Source of the DNA: Azolla caroliniana
Taxonomy: Eukaryota; Plantae; Polypodiophyta
NCBI GenBank assembly: GCA_043228905.1
Contig: JBHGNT010000007.1
Location: 6,138,001-6,202,000, forward strand
Direction of reading: 5' to 3'
DNA: 64,000 nucleotides
The notes beneath the pieces were generated by a model, which saw only the letters and a program-made list of their open reading frames with translations, made no database searches and was not told the DNA's origin. A program made the translations under genes and the position numbers. Shown piece after piece: positions 37,601-50,057 of the stretch; within the stretch, counting starts at the first letter, position 1, and each line of letters begins with the position of its first letter.

Positions 37601-40600
37601 TGTAAAGCATGTGCGCCAAATGGCAATCATGCATCACATGCATGCCATGCACCCCCATATCATCATATGCATGAGAGAACCTATAAAGAGAAGCAAGGAA
37701 TTAAGGGATGGATCAAGGGGAAAATAGGGTAATCGATCAAGAGAGAGTGAGAAAATAATACAATCAATTAAAGAAGACTAGCTCATTGGGTGGAGAACCT
37801 CTCGTTTCGAAGTTGAGGTCGTGGGTTCAAATCAAGGGTCGATAGAGAATGTGTTCAGTTTGTGATCGAGGATTGTAAAGTTGGTAAAATATTATATTTT
37901 TAATATACATCATGTTTATATCATATACTCTTGTTCCTTGAATCATACTTTGTCTCAATCTTCTTTCTAGAATCATCTCTCTCTCTCTCGCACACACACA
38001 CACATTACTCGTAACTCTTCTTCTTATTATCCTTAACCACTCTATCATCACCATACAAGCCTTATTAAAAGTTAAGTTTCTTCAACTCCCCTTAACCTTA
38101 GTCCCCGCGACTTCGTCGCACGAACCACAACTACCCCGACAGCGCATGCCCCCAAGAATCTGCGGACCCCCGTGACCGACCCGCAAACGTTCCTCATCGC
38201 GCAGATGGCCTCTACCTTTGCCGGAGACGGTTTCCTACCGTAAGGCCCGCACAGGTGTCGAATCACCAAGATCTCCGACTGTCCGAAGGCCGACTTTTCC
38301 CCGGAGAAGGTGAGCCTCGCACACTCTAGTCTCTGCAGCACCTTCTCGCAGTCATCAATGTGGGACGCCAGGAAATTCCGACATCCGTCCGGCCCGATTG
38401 CCTCGTCCCTTTTCTCCACAGGGCATCCCTTGATCGGGATGTCGTCTAAGAACGACATGGTGATGTCCGGGATACAATCCCTGAGCACTTTGTTCATCAC
38501 GTTCACCATGTGAGCCATTGAGTTCGTCCCTCCTTGTGGCAAGGTACATATCCGCACTAGGCCGAGAGGAGTCCGCATCGTCCTAATGTCTCTGCTCTCC
38601 ACGGCTAGTTGGAACTGATCGTACCTCGAGTACAGATCACCGACAGAATAGATCGACCTTCCAGTGAAGGCCTCTGCGAACTCGTCTATGGTCGGTCCGA
38701 TCCCTGCATTACGGATGGTCACCTTGTTGACCGGTTGTAGGTCCTGGATGAAGCGCAGTGTGCCGTTCTTCTTTGGCACCGTAAACCACCGATTCGAATA
38801 TGGGGCACTCGACGGTTCGAGGATGGCCATCTCCACCTTTTGCTTTAGGAGCTCCATCATCTTCGGGATGTGAGCTCTTGGCACCGGAATCAGGATGAGA
38901 TTCCACGGTACATGCGGTACCGTGAAGATCACCATCGGTTCGACAACTGTCGGGTCTACGCACCCGATCTCCTCTGGTGAGAATGCGAAAGCCTTCCCTT
39001 GCCTCCCGAGCATTCTCCGAAACCGGTCCTCCTCCGCCGGCAGTAGGAAGCTGCCCCCACCGACCTTGAGCTCCCATAGTGTTATATCGGTGAACTGGTG
39101 CCCTATGCCAGCCGGATTTCGTAAACTTGGGTCCGACGCGACCCCTTTTATCCGCTCCTCGCTGCCCTCCGGCAAGGGTGCCGTGATTGGCCTCACCTTC
39201 CGGTCCACAGTCTTGTATTTCGTATCAACGCGGGCCGTCCGATCCGACCCGATCCTTTCCCCGAAGTCTGCGATGACTTCATACATTCCCATCGACCCTA
39301 CCAGAATGGTCCAGTCTTCCCTAAGGTCTTCACCGATCACCTTTTGTAGTTTGCCCAAGGTGTCGTCAAAAGAGACCGCCTCCACGGTGCCGCTGATGTC
39401 CTCGTCGGGGAAGAGGATTCCACATCCCCTGAGCCGCTCCTTCGCTCGCTTCCTCTCCCTGCCACTGACGCTGGTTATAGTACAACCTCTGCTGTCGGAG
39501 AACCAAAATTTCCTACCTATGGTACAGGTCTTCTTCTGTACTGTACATTTGTGGGGTTCTTCCTTGTTGTCCGGACTATCGCGGCCCCACGCCTTGACAG
39601 CCCTCTCTAAAAATCCCCTCGGGTTTCGCTGCCGAGGGCCTCGCGGTTACGCTCGTGGTTTGGTCGCACCATTAGGAACTGGATCGAGTGACGCCCATCC
39701 TGGCTCTTGACTCTTGCATAGGCTGAACCGTTGTCCAACACCTTGGTCTCCATCCATGCCGCCGTGATATATGGCTCTCCTAGTATAACTGGATGCGAGG
39801 ACGTCTCCTACACGAAGAAGTGTTGGTCGATCTCGACATCGCCGATTTTCACCCATACATTCGAATAGGCCCCATGTAGTTCTTCTGTGGCGCGTGTCGC
39901 TGCCCGTATCTTCCATCCATGCTTGGTGTACCAACGCCACCACCGGTTCCAGAACATTGCCGATCCGTACAGGGGTTTCCGTAGTCGCCCTGGCCCAATG
40001 CGGCTTCGTGTAGTGGCTTCCCGCCAGCTCATCTTCCAGGGCTCCATCTTCTAGGTGCGTGGTTCGCACTTCCACCGGCTTCTCCGGTTCCGGCTCTGTC
40101 GACAACCTCTTCCGCTTCACCAAGTCTACGATAGAGTCGTGGAACTCCCTCTTGGCGATTCCCAGCACCTCCCGCAACGACAACTCCACTTTACTGTCAA
40201 GGATTCGCTCTTCAAGGACCTTCCGTAGGTCCGTTGCTCTCTCGATTTCGGGGCTCAACCGAAACCCCGCCTACTTCTTCCCATCCGGCATGCCTGGGTT
40301 GCCGGCACCGGTCGGTCTCGGTCCGAACCGGGTCTCATACCTCGGGGGGCCAACCCCTCCGGTCTTTAGTGCCCGTTTGTCCTCCACCAGAACCTCATTG
40401 TTCTGGCAAGCGGCTTCTACGAAGCCCGTTTTCTCTTCGACCGGATCGTCCCAACCGGTGACCTCCTGGACCCGCTGTTCCGCGCAGTCCGCCTCTTCCT
40501 TCCTCAGCCGAACTTTGGAGAGGCCTTCTAGCACTAGCAGCCAGAATCCGAAGTCCTTCGCCTTCCGGGTCTCATCACCCCCGACCTAAATTCCCGCCGA

Positions 40601-42326
40601 CACCGAGTAGTTGACGGCTTCGACGTGTCGTGCCGCGGCCTCTTCCATCAACCTCTTCATTCCTCTGCGCCCCGTATTCAGTTCTAAGGCTCTCCGGGTC
40701 TCGCTCGCGTGCACCCGCCCGTTCCAGAGGTACACCACGTTGGTCCTGAGCGCGTCGGCGAAATCCGCGCAATCCTTCCGAATGTGACAAATCGTGTCAC
40801 ACCACATGCACCGCTGCCCAGTCGGCGGCCTCCGGTCGCGAGGTTGTTCACCGCTGTCTCTCCGGGCCTGTGTGATCTGCAGGTCGCGCACCATCTGTGT
40901 TAGCTCCTCCACAGCCGCTCCTCCGGATGGGCCTCTTACCACGTCGCTCGATGCTGACCCCGACTCCGGCCAGATTCGGGTCTCTTCCTTCCTCCCAGCC
41001 GGCACCGAAACCGGCTCCTCGAGCCTCCTCACCGGGACCGGCCCCGACCCCGACGTGCTTCCATCGCTCCAATCGCGCCGTTTGTCGAAACGGCTGTAGA
41101 CCCGTTTTACCACGGCCCAATCCGTCGTGAGCCCTTCGTCCGTTTCCAGTAGGGGACCCACCTTTTCCCTATCGAGCGCATCCACCTACTTGACAAACAA
41201 CAACACTTGACTTGTTTCGAGCACCGTCCGGTCCAGCGTCGACAGCCGCGCGAACCGTTTTTTGAACTCCTGGAGGAGCACCCACGTGTTCCTCCCTTTT
41301 CCGGGGCTTTTCACCCACGCCATGAAGTCCCGCCTCGACAGCCAGAGCGAGTCGTCAAACCCGTACTTCTCGAGGAGCTGCAGCTCGAACTCCTCCCAAG
41401 TCTGGCATTCGGCCAACACCTCAAGCACCTCCGCATGGATGCCCAACGTCACCACCCGAGGGAATCCGGACAGCCGCCTGTCCACCGGGATATCCCTCAT
41501 GATCATTTCGGCCCGGTAAGCCTCCAAATAACTTGTGGCGTCTTTCCCTCCGAAACGGCCTATAGAGCCGATGATCGATTCAATGGCTCTGTCAAGGATA
41601 CCCGTTCCATCACGAGCGCTCACCAGCCGGTCGATGGCCACGACCATTGCCTCTGCTAGCTCCGATTCCCTCATCTTTCAACTCCTTTGCCGCCCGTTCA
41701 CGTCGGGTTCACCAAAGATGTCGCGTTGTTACGCGCGTACGTGTAGAAAGGGGCGGGACCACGGGGGTCTTGGACCGAGGAGCGAGAGAGAGAGAGACAG
41801 AGAGAGATTCACCGACACGTAGAAGCGAGAAAGAGAGATATAGAATGTAACACTTAATTATAATGGCAAGAGATTACAAACTCCGACAATTACAACCGAC
41901 AAAGCGGCGACGGACCCGACACGAGGACCCTACTCATGCACACCGACGACAGTCACACGACTCAAAGAAACAAAGGGGAAAGGGAGCGACTCTGCTGGAA
42001 GCACATGGGCTCTCCACGAAGCAAAGGGAACGACCTCCCGACACCCGCAGAGAGCGACGATTCGAGTCGAAGAGAGAGAGCTCCACCTTCCGTTCTGCAG
42101 CCACGCTTCCCTTCCTCCTCGCGCGTGATATATCGTTTTCTCTTCTCCTCTTCCCTTTATTCCCTGTCCCCCTCTGGGATACGCACAATCCCCCTCTAAT
42201 AAATGTGTGTGGCTTAGTAGTCACATCCACCGGTTCATGTACAAAGTATCCAGTCACGCATCCGTCCGTGTAGGGGCCAGTTTACGCGCTTTCTCTCTGA
42301 TTCCGCCTATGGCTGGTTTTCTTCAC
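34666..42326 (-). mobile_element. tRNA-Trp-primed Gypsy element (Trp-G2)
   Basis: LTRs 34666-35277 and 41719-42326 (last 4 bp lost), Trp PBS ~41698-41714, decayed gag-PR-RT-RH-INT ~35350-41674. Confidence 0.95.
37384..38141. mobile_element. Solo LTR (TGTCG...CGACA), 4-bp TSD GCGC
   Basis: GCGC at 37380-37383 and 38142-38145; interrupts FLGACA|FYH of Trp-G2. Confidence 0.88.
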
Positions 42327-42339
42327 CGGAACACCGGAA

Positions 42340-42369
42340 CACCGGGTCATTTGAAACAGGTAATATGTC
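42340..42369 (+). repeat. Left TIR CACCGGGTCATTTGAAACAGGTAATATGTC
   Basis: Exact reverse complement of 50058-50087. Confidence 0.95.
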
Positions 42370-43100
42370 GTATTCTCTTTTGGCATAGTTGGCCAGATGT
42401 AGAAAAGTACCCTATTTTAGCCCGATATCGAAAATATACGATGCATGCGTACCCCTTTTGCGACTTGATGGTTAAATATAGAACAAAAAAAACCTAGCAA
42501 TTACTAAATTGTATATGTTTCCACATTCGTGTCAATTTGCATATCATGGAGCACAATTAAAGACTTGGTTCAATATAAAGTTCTAAAATTGGTATCCATA
42601 TTCAAATTGTAGAGTAAAACTACATAAACCGTAATTATAAATATGTGGTTTTGGGTTTAGGAATAAAGTAGTACCCCACTTGTTGGACGGGTATATCGAT
42701 AGTTTCATTGTATAATGTCATATAGTTCATGACAATGTAATTGGTAAGAGTAACAACTACGTACGACATTCATTTATACTATGTGGAACCAGTAGACTTG
42801 AACCGTAGGTAACTAAAAACCTCTTATTATCAAAAACATTCACCTTTTCATATACAGTCATGCTAACGGAAATGAGAAATTACAATATCATGTTAATATC
42901 TCAAACTGAAGAAGAGCATGGTGAGCAATTATATGTAAATACAAACTACGGTTCCAATAATGATTAAAAAGGGAAATTATGAACATGTGAATTTAATTAA
43001 ACGATAAACAATTACAGATGTTCTCATATACAAATATAATATGAAGTGATGGTGAACATTATGCCTCAAAATCCTCAATTTTTACATTACGCCATCTACA

Positions 43101-46100
43101 TCAATCTATAAGCAAATCAGGCAGAGCAGGCTCCTCTGGCGCTGATTGTTCTAGACTGTTTTCATTCGTGTCATCTCCAAGCTCTCTCGAATCTGATGTA
43201 TGGTCAAACTGTGCTACATCTTCCAGGTCCACCAGCTCCCCTGCTTCTTCATCAATTGGTTCCATTGGTTCTCATGAAGTCATCTGGAACATCTCTGTCT
43301 CGTTGATGTGTTTTGCTCCGACTTCTTGATCCTAATCTGGACAGTCCCAGATTCTTGTGATCCTCATTTTGATGAAGTTAACTTGAGCAGGGTCCTTCTC
43401 CAATGCAACACAGTTTCTAAACATCTTCAATGCACAAGCTGTCGTTGTACCTAATGGTCGCATGAACACAAACAAGTATATATAAGAAGTAACGTCTTAA
43501 ACTTTATCGACAGGATTGAAATTAAATATATATATTATACCTGTGCCAGAGAACAAGTCTAGGACCCAATCATCTGGATTCGAGAAGAGCTCTATGAGGC
43601 GGTTGATCAATCTTTGAGGTTTTTGATAAGGGTTCACCATACTTTTATCCCTTGACACATGTCTTAATTTTTTGGTTACAACTGGGCACATGATGTAGTT
43701 AACCACGTTACGCTCATTGACATGTGCTCTAGCCTTCTTCTTTGTAATTGAATCATAGTAGCCCACACAAAAATGTTCGACCGCACTAACCATTCGATCG
43801 CCAGGGCTACGTGTAATATTTGTTTTGATCCTATAGAGAAAGAAAATCAAGTATTAGAGGTGTAAATGTGTACATATAATAAGAAGTACTGTAATGAGTA
43901 AAAGCGAACTATAACGCACCAATGCATGTGTTCAGTGGCATGACAACGGGACTTCAAAGCTGTTGTGACTGACAGTGATTGCCCCATGCTATGAAATATG
44001 ACTATCCTCCACAAGGGGGCCAATGTCAGTTCTGCGAAATCCTTTACCATTTTCTCGATCTGAGGGTACTTGAAAGGCACATCATCATATGTTGATCCCG
44101 CAATACGGAAACCATGTGGTATGTCAGCTATCAGCAAAGTGTAGTGCCTTCTTGGTAACAGTTCGAGCATTTGGGATACTTCGCCATTGAAAACACTATA
44201 ATGAAGTTGTTTGAAAGGATCGGACCTATGCAAAAAACTCTTTACAGTCTCCGAATCCTCGGGCAGTTCCATTTCCTTCCCTTTGGTCATTCACTTCTCA
44301 TATTTCGCACGTTCTAAGTGCGTGATGAAGGCCGCTGGAATACCATCATTATTGTCGTTGTTCTTTTTCGATTTTGATGGTTTCTGCAAGTGTCAATGTT
44401 GTTAGCAGGGAACATTAGTTTCTAACATATCAACATTCAAAAGACACATACCCATTCTCTAAATACAATAAAATATTCCTCCAATGCCTTGTAGGAAGAA
44501 GTTATCGGGCAGGCTTGTTCAACTTCTTCCCATGTCGGTAAACTCAGTTTTTGCATCATGAACTCATGAATCCTCATGTATACCTTGTGACTGCACAATC
44601 AATATGAAATTAGAAATAAGATATTCAAAATAATTGAAGACTTTCATGAAAAGGTATACTATAAACACTTACTTTTGCAAGTCTGTTACCATCTCGTCCA
44701 AACTAAATTCCTTGGCGACCACTCGAGATAGCACGGATATTAACAATCTATCATCTTTGATACCTTGTAATGATCTCCAAGGTAAAAGTTTCATGTCCTC
44801 TGCTAACTCCTCGATTACCAAGTCGCTTTTTCCCTTGGTCTTTGATTTGATCTCAACTTGTGGATCAATTCTTCCCTTTTTTGATCTTTGCCCCTTGACT
44901 TCTTTCCGCTCCCACATAGAGAATATTTTGTCTTGGAGATCCCACACCTCTCCGGTCCGAAAAGCTAGTTGAAACCAAAACTCATATTTTCGGAGACCTT
45001 CAGATTTGTTACTCTCATCCACTGCAATCCCTACTTCCAATAAACACTGGCGTCGCAATCCAGGCCACAATCTTGGACCAAAATGATTCAAGGCATCCAT
45101 GTATTCATGATGAAAAAATCTTATCCTCTCTATACATGACATCTTTTGCCTATAATCGTTGTCATTGTTATGGTCCCATGCGAGCAGCTTCGCCTCCTCG
45201 TGAGTTAGTCCTGCATATACCTTACATTCGGCGTACTTGAAGAACGGCGTGAGAGGATATTCTTTGACAAGCTGTCGTCGAGCTTCGGCCGAATGTGATC
45301 CTCCGATTACTTAGTATGTGTAATCGTCTGCAGAGCTATACTTGAAATCTGCTACTGTTGGGCATTGTTCTTGATCAACCATTACCAAAAATGGCACCAC
45401 AGTAGCGTGAGGATTGATTTTCATTTTGCTTTTCAGGTTTTGCACATGGACAGAGTGCGGCTCCCTAATTTCCAGGGGACGTCTTCCAGTCACGGGGTCA
45501 ATGGGGGGCCTTTGGATAGAAGTAATGGGCAAATGAAATAGCTGGCCCCTGCGCACAAGTTTAGTCTTCACAATATTTTCTCTTATTTTATTTTGTTCTG
45601 ACGTCAAGACACCAGAAGATAGTTGTCCGCCTGGAGCCACGACGTCGACTTGTTGGTCGTCTTCTTCTTCGGGTCGTGGTCGTTTAGTATATTTCTTTTG
45701 AACAGGATTTGTCTTCCTAGAATTTTTCGGTGGAGTTTCTGCTTCACCGGTCATCATCTCTCCTGTCACGTACGGCCGAAGAGCTACCAACAAGTTATTT
45801 TTCGTTTGCAGGTCTTTACGCAAAGCCTTGGGATTGCAAGATTCGGGTACTAGGTTTCCCTTGTCAAGTCGCAATCGCCTGTTGCCAACTGAGCTCGAGA
45901 CGTCGATTAAAATACTTGTAGAGTCAATGTCTTCATACTCTAGCTTGGTTACATGCCCGTAATTAAATGTTTTTCCAAGCTGAAGTTTCCCTTCCCCGTC
46001 CGATTTTGCTGTTATCAATAACAGCACCCCATCCTCCTCGACATAGGAGAGACACCATTCAAGTTCGGGGTAATCCTTATATTTCACCTCAACCGTTTTC

Positions 46101-46795
46101 TCCTCTTGCATACTACCTTTGTTGATTTTGGTAGTAGCCACAGATGACTTGGATCCTCCTTCCCCCATTGAGTCAAATAAAATCTTTTTACTCGTGTCCT
46201 TGATGAAGGAGCCAGAATCTCGTTTTGTCGGAGATCGAATCTTCAATCTAAATGAAGGAACTTTTTGTCTGGGTTCACTGAAATTAAAAACGTTGGTGAA
46301 AACATAGAAACAACGTACAATTTTATCTAAATCACGCAAATTATCATCTAAATTACGTCAATTTTATGGTCCCATGCGATAGTTTTTTATCGCAAAAACA
46401 ACATTTTTTTCAACGCAAATTCGTTGCACTGCATCGGATTTGCATTGAAAGTCATGCCTTTCAACCAAAATCCGATGCACTACATCGGATTTGCATGACT
46501 TTCAACCAAAATCCGATGCAGTGCATCGGATTTTGGTTGAAGGTCCTGCCTTTCAACGCAAATAGGATGCACTGCATCGGATTTTGGTTGAAAGGTCTTG
46601 CCTTCAACCAAAATCCGATGCAGTGCAACGGATTTTCGTTGAAGGTCCTGCCTTTCACAATTGCTTTCCAAGTTTGTTGTACAAAAAAAATAAAAAATTC
46701 TATGTGTTGAGGAAAGGAATCTTTAAGGAATCTTTAGGAATCTTAAAAAATGTAAAGAATATTACTAACCTGACGATTTTCTTTCCCTTGTTCAT
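43101..46795 (-). pseudogene. Six-exon ParB-like domain + beta-class N6A/N4C DNA methyltransferase fusion (~957 aa, 4 in-frame stops)
   Basis: Exons 46795-46770, 46277-44673, 44590-44452, 44383-43920, 43830-43541, 43450-43101 join in frame across five GT-AG introns. Motifs VIGGSHSAEA, LLIADIPHGF, WIK..E, NPYQKPQRLINRLIELFSNPDDWVLDLFSGTGTT, RNCVALEKDP. The true C-terminus is uncertain. Confidence 0.82.
46408..46657. repeat. Array of ~5 palindromic 41-bp units in intron 1
   Basis: Perfect unit at 46501-46541: TTCAACCAAAATCCGATGCA-G-TGCATCGGATTTTGGTTGAA; degenerate copies on either side at ~41-51 bp spacing. Confidence 0.92.
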
Positions 46796-47090
46796 GATTC
46801 GTGTCGGAGGTAGTGCTGTCAACGATGTGCTTCTGAGTGCTCGAAAATTGGCCTGTGCTCTGAGCTCGATGGATTCTTTCACGTGATAATGAAAATGAAA
46901 TTTCTAACCTCCTTATATAGAAGACTTTAGCATTCCTTTTAAAATAAAAAATAATTTTTAATTATTTTTTTTAGAAAAATGTCGGAAAATAATATAGTTA
47001 ATCTAAGTGTTCGGGTATTTATATAGTTAGGCTTTAGCTTTCCTTAATTTTCTCAAAAGAAGGTTTTAGAATACAGTTAGACTCCCTCAA
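46796..47090. promoter_or_regulatory. Putative bidirectional promoter
   Basis: 295-bp AT-rich spacer between the divergent ATGs; TATA-like CTATATAA on the minus strand (~46913-46920) and TTTATATA on the plus strand (~47018-47025). Confidence 0.5.
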
Positions 47091-49763
47091 ATGTCTTCTT
47101 CTAGAAGTAGAACATCTCTTTTTTCTATTGCCCCCTTTTCATTGTCAGACAACTCGTATTTCTCAATAGAAGAGTACGACCACAAAAAACATTCGCGGCT
47201 TAAACAGAAAAGTGTGGCTCCTAGTACTTCGAATTCTCTGTTTTCAATTGATCCTGTTGATGGCCCTCTTCATGCAAGCTTACAAGCGGACGATTCTTCG
47301 TCGATAGATAACAATAGCATTACTAAACCTCTAGCATTTAAAAGAGTTCCTCGACAAGTTAGTGAAAAGAGATTTAATTTCTTATGTTCTGATCGTCAAC
47401 TTCTATGCGACTTGAACAAATCGTGTTGTGCGAATCTCTGTCTATCAACTTATGGAAAGTCAAGGTTACGTGAAACACGACAAAAATACTTGTCGCTTAA
47501 TAGGGAAGAGCAAGATACATTTCTTCTTTCGCATATGCAACTTAAATTGGATCATAAAGCAGGGCCTAATTCAACGCAAGTTGAATATTTCCTTGGACTA
47601 AATACCAAGTGTTGTCGAGCAACTTTTAAAATCACTCATAGCATTGGAAATATGCGGCTGCAACGAGTTCAAGAGCGACTTCTGAAGGGCTCTTGGGTAC
47701 AGTTCGATCAAAATGGTTCTGGATGTAAGGGTCAAATTGGGCAACAGGCAATTAGGTGGATGGAGGTATATTTTTCAAAACAGTGCGAAGTTATGCCAAC
47801 GACAGGAAGACTTCATTTGTCAGATAACTTTACTCGAAGGGAAGTTTACCAATCATACAAGGACGACATGTCTTCCGATGTTGAGCCTTACATACTGTAC
47901 AGGCATTTTAATCGACTATGAAGGTTACAATTTAATAACGTGGTTATCCCACGAAAGGTGCAAATGGGAGTCTGCTCAATATGTGCGAGTTTAAAAAGTA
48001 TGGCCAAGGGTGGAAAATCAGATGTAGAGATCAAGAATTACAAGAACCTGTTAAAAGAACATCGTGAAAGTCAGGCATTGGAACGTACTAAGGCTATGCA
48101 TCACTGACAAAAAGCGTTTCAATCTCCCGAAAAGTATATGTGCATGATTATTGACGGCATGGATCAAAAGAAAACTTGTTTGCCGCATTTTCAAAGACTC
48201 CCCAAGGATATTGGAGATGAGTGTCTCGTGCAAATGCATCTAGTGGGTTGTTTGACATATTGTCAAACTATAAGACCGCAAGTGTTCTTAACTTATCCCA
48301 ATATCCACAACGACCCTAATCTTACTGTCACTGTCATGCATAGGGTATTGCAATCATGGTCAGGTATACTCCCGCCAGTTCTATATGTGCAACTAGACAA
48401 CACAGCAAGAGAGAATAAGAACTCAACTGTCTTCGGCTATCTAAGCATGCTAGTAGAGAGGGGCATATTTAAAAAGATAAAGGTTAACTTCTTGTTGGTT
48501 GGTCATACCCATGATCACATAGATCAAATGTTTAGTAGGTTCTCAAAGAAACTTGCTCGTTGTAATGCTTTCACACTTCCCACGCTATCCAAATTGATTA
48601 GTGAAGCATATACACCAAAGACTGAAGTACAACACTTGGAAGAAGTATACGACTTTAAACGTTTCTGCATGGATAGTGACGGGACTAAAGGTAGGGTGCT
48701 TGCACCTCTTAATAATATAAGTTTCAACCATGTCTTCCTCATAAAACAAAGATCGGCCCACCTCAAGATGACGGTGTTGTTTGCGAAACAATACTCATCT
48801 AGTGCACAATGGGAGCCCCAAGAAGGTTGTAGGCTCCTTCTTCATATCCCAGATGAACCTCTACATGGTGCACAACAAATGCCATATGATGATCGTAAAA
48901 ATGTACCACCAAATAGTACTATTGATGAACAAAGGCCATATTGATTGAGATGTCTAGCAGAGAAACAAAATAATATTGATCGGACTAAGAAGTATGCCGG
49001 TGATGAGGATGTTGAATGGTGGGAGATTTTCTTCACCCATCAACGCACCATTTTAGATAATTACATCGCCGGTTTATAGCCAATTCGTATCCCATTCACA
49101 TGGATCATTGGGATGACATCAACGATATCGCAGACTCATCACCAACAATCGAATAATATGGAGCTTCATGATTTAGTTCGGCCACTGCAAAGAGATATTT
49201 ATGTGGGACCAAGAAAGTCACGTACTATTGAGGCAAGATGGCAAGGTAATTTGCAAGAACTACAAGTGGGAATGTTGGTTGCAACATTAGCAGGGGACGA
49301 TACCTTGGGCCATCCATTTTGGATTGCAAAAATTATTGAATTAGTAAGGGATGGAGAAAGTAGTCAGACAAAGTCAATAGTAGTCCACTGGTATCAAACA
49401 ACTTCACCTGATGCATTTACAAGAAAGTATTCTTTAGAGATGGTTAAGGATGTCGGATGTTCAAGCAGAAAGAGAAGAAGAAAGAATATACCGAGCACGG
49501 CTACTCTCGCACTAAACCGTGTTGACATACTAGTATATGACTTCTCATTGACAAAATCAGGTCATCTAAGACAAGCAACTATCAAGATAATAAAGGAGAA
49601 AATCCCAAACATGGTGTCAAACGAAATACAGAGAATAACCAGAAGTAATTCTCATAACCACAAAGATGTTGGGTTGGAATTGGATGAGGATAATGCTTTG
49701 ATTGCCACTGATGATGAGGATGAGACGTCAGAATGCTCTTCTAGTCCATCAGACATGTCTTAA
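47091..49763 (+). pseudogene. DDE/D transposase (Sola1-like), 890 codons, 4 in-frame stops
   Basis: ORFs starting at 47091, 48138 and 49113 share one frame; stops at 47919, 48105, 48942, 49077. Cys motifs CCANLC, CCRATF, CSIC; catalytic-like IDGMDQ, QLDNTARENKN, GHTHDHIDQMFS. Confidence 0.85.
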
Positions 49764-50057
49764 CATATTGATTTGGTTCAAGTTGGGGATTGTTTTACTA
49801 CATGATCGGAAACTTCGTAAATTTGTTTTGGATGTAAACTCACGAATATGTATAATTGTAACTGGTAGACATGTTGTACATTATTTTGTAATTTTGGTGA
49901 TGTATTTTTGGAGGCATTTTACTTATGCCTCAAAGTGATAGTCATGTTGAAATTCAATATATTTTGCCACCTTTTCTGAAAAGCTTTACGCATGCTCGTG
50001 TCTTTTTGAAAACTGCGTGCTTTTGTGCCCTTTTTCGACGTAGTGTTCTCATAATGT

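Noticed and set aside
38895-39710. Long plus-strand ORFs opposite pol (also 58924-59748)
   Set aside because: Shadow ORFs of GC-rich coding sequence with no independent motifs.
46278-46339. ORF-track start MRDLDKIVRC as the N-terminus of the MTase gene
   Set aside because: Non-ATG start within the intron 3' end; the ATG at 46795 splices in frame.
46408-46657. CRISPR array
   Set aside because: Linkers are 10 bp or less and nearly constant, there are no cas genes, and the array lies in a spliceosomal intron.
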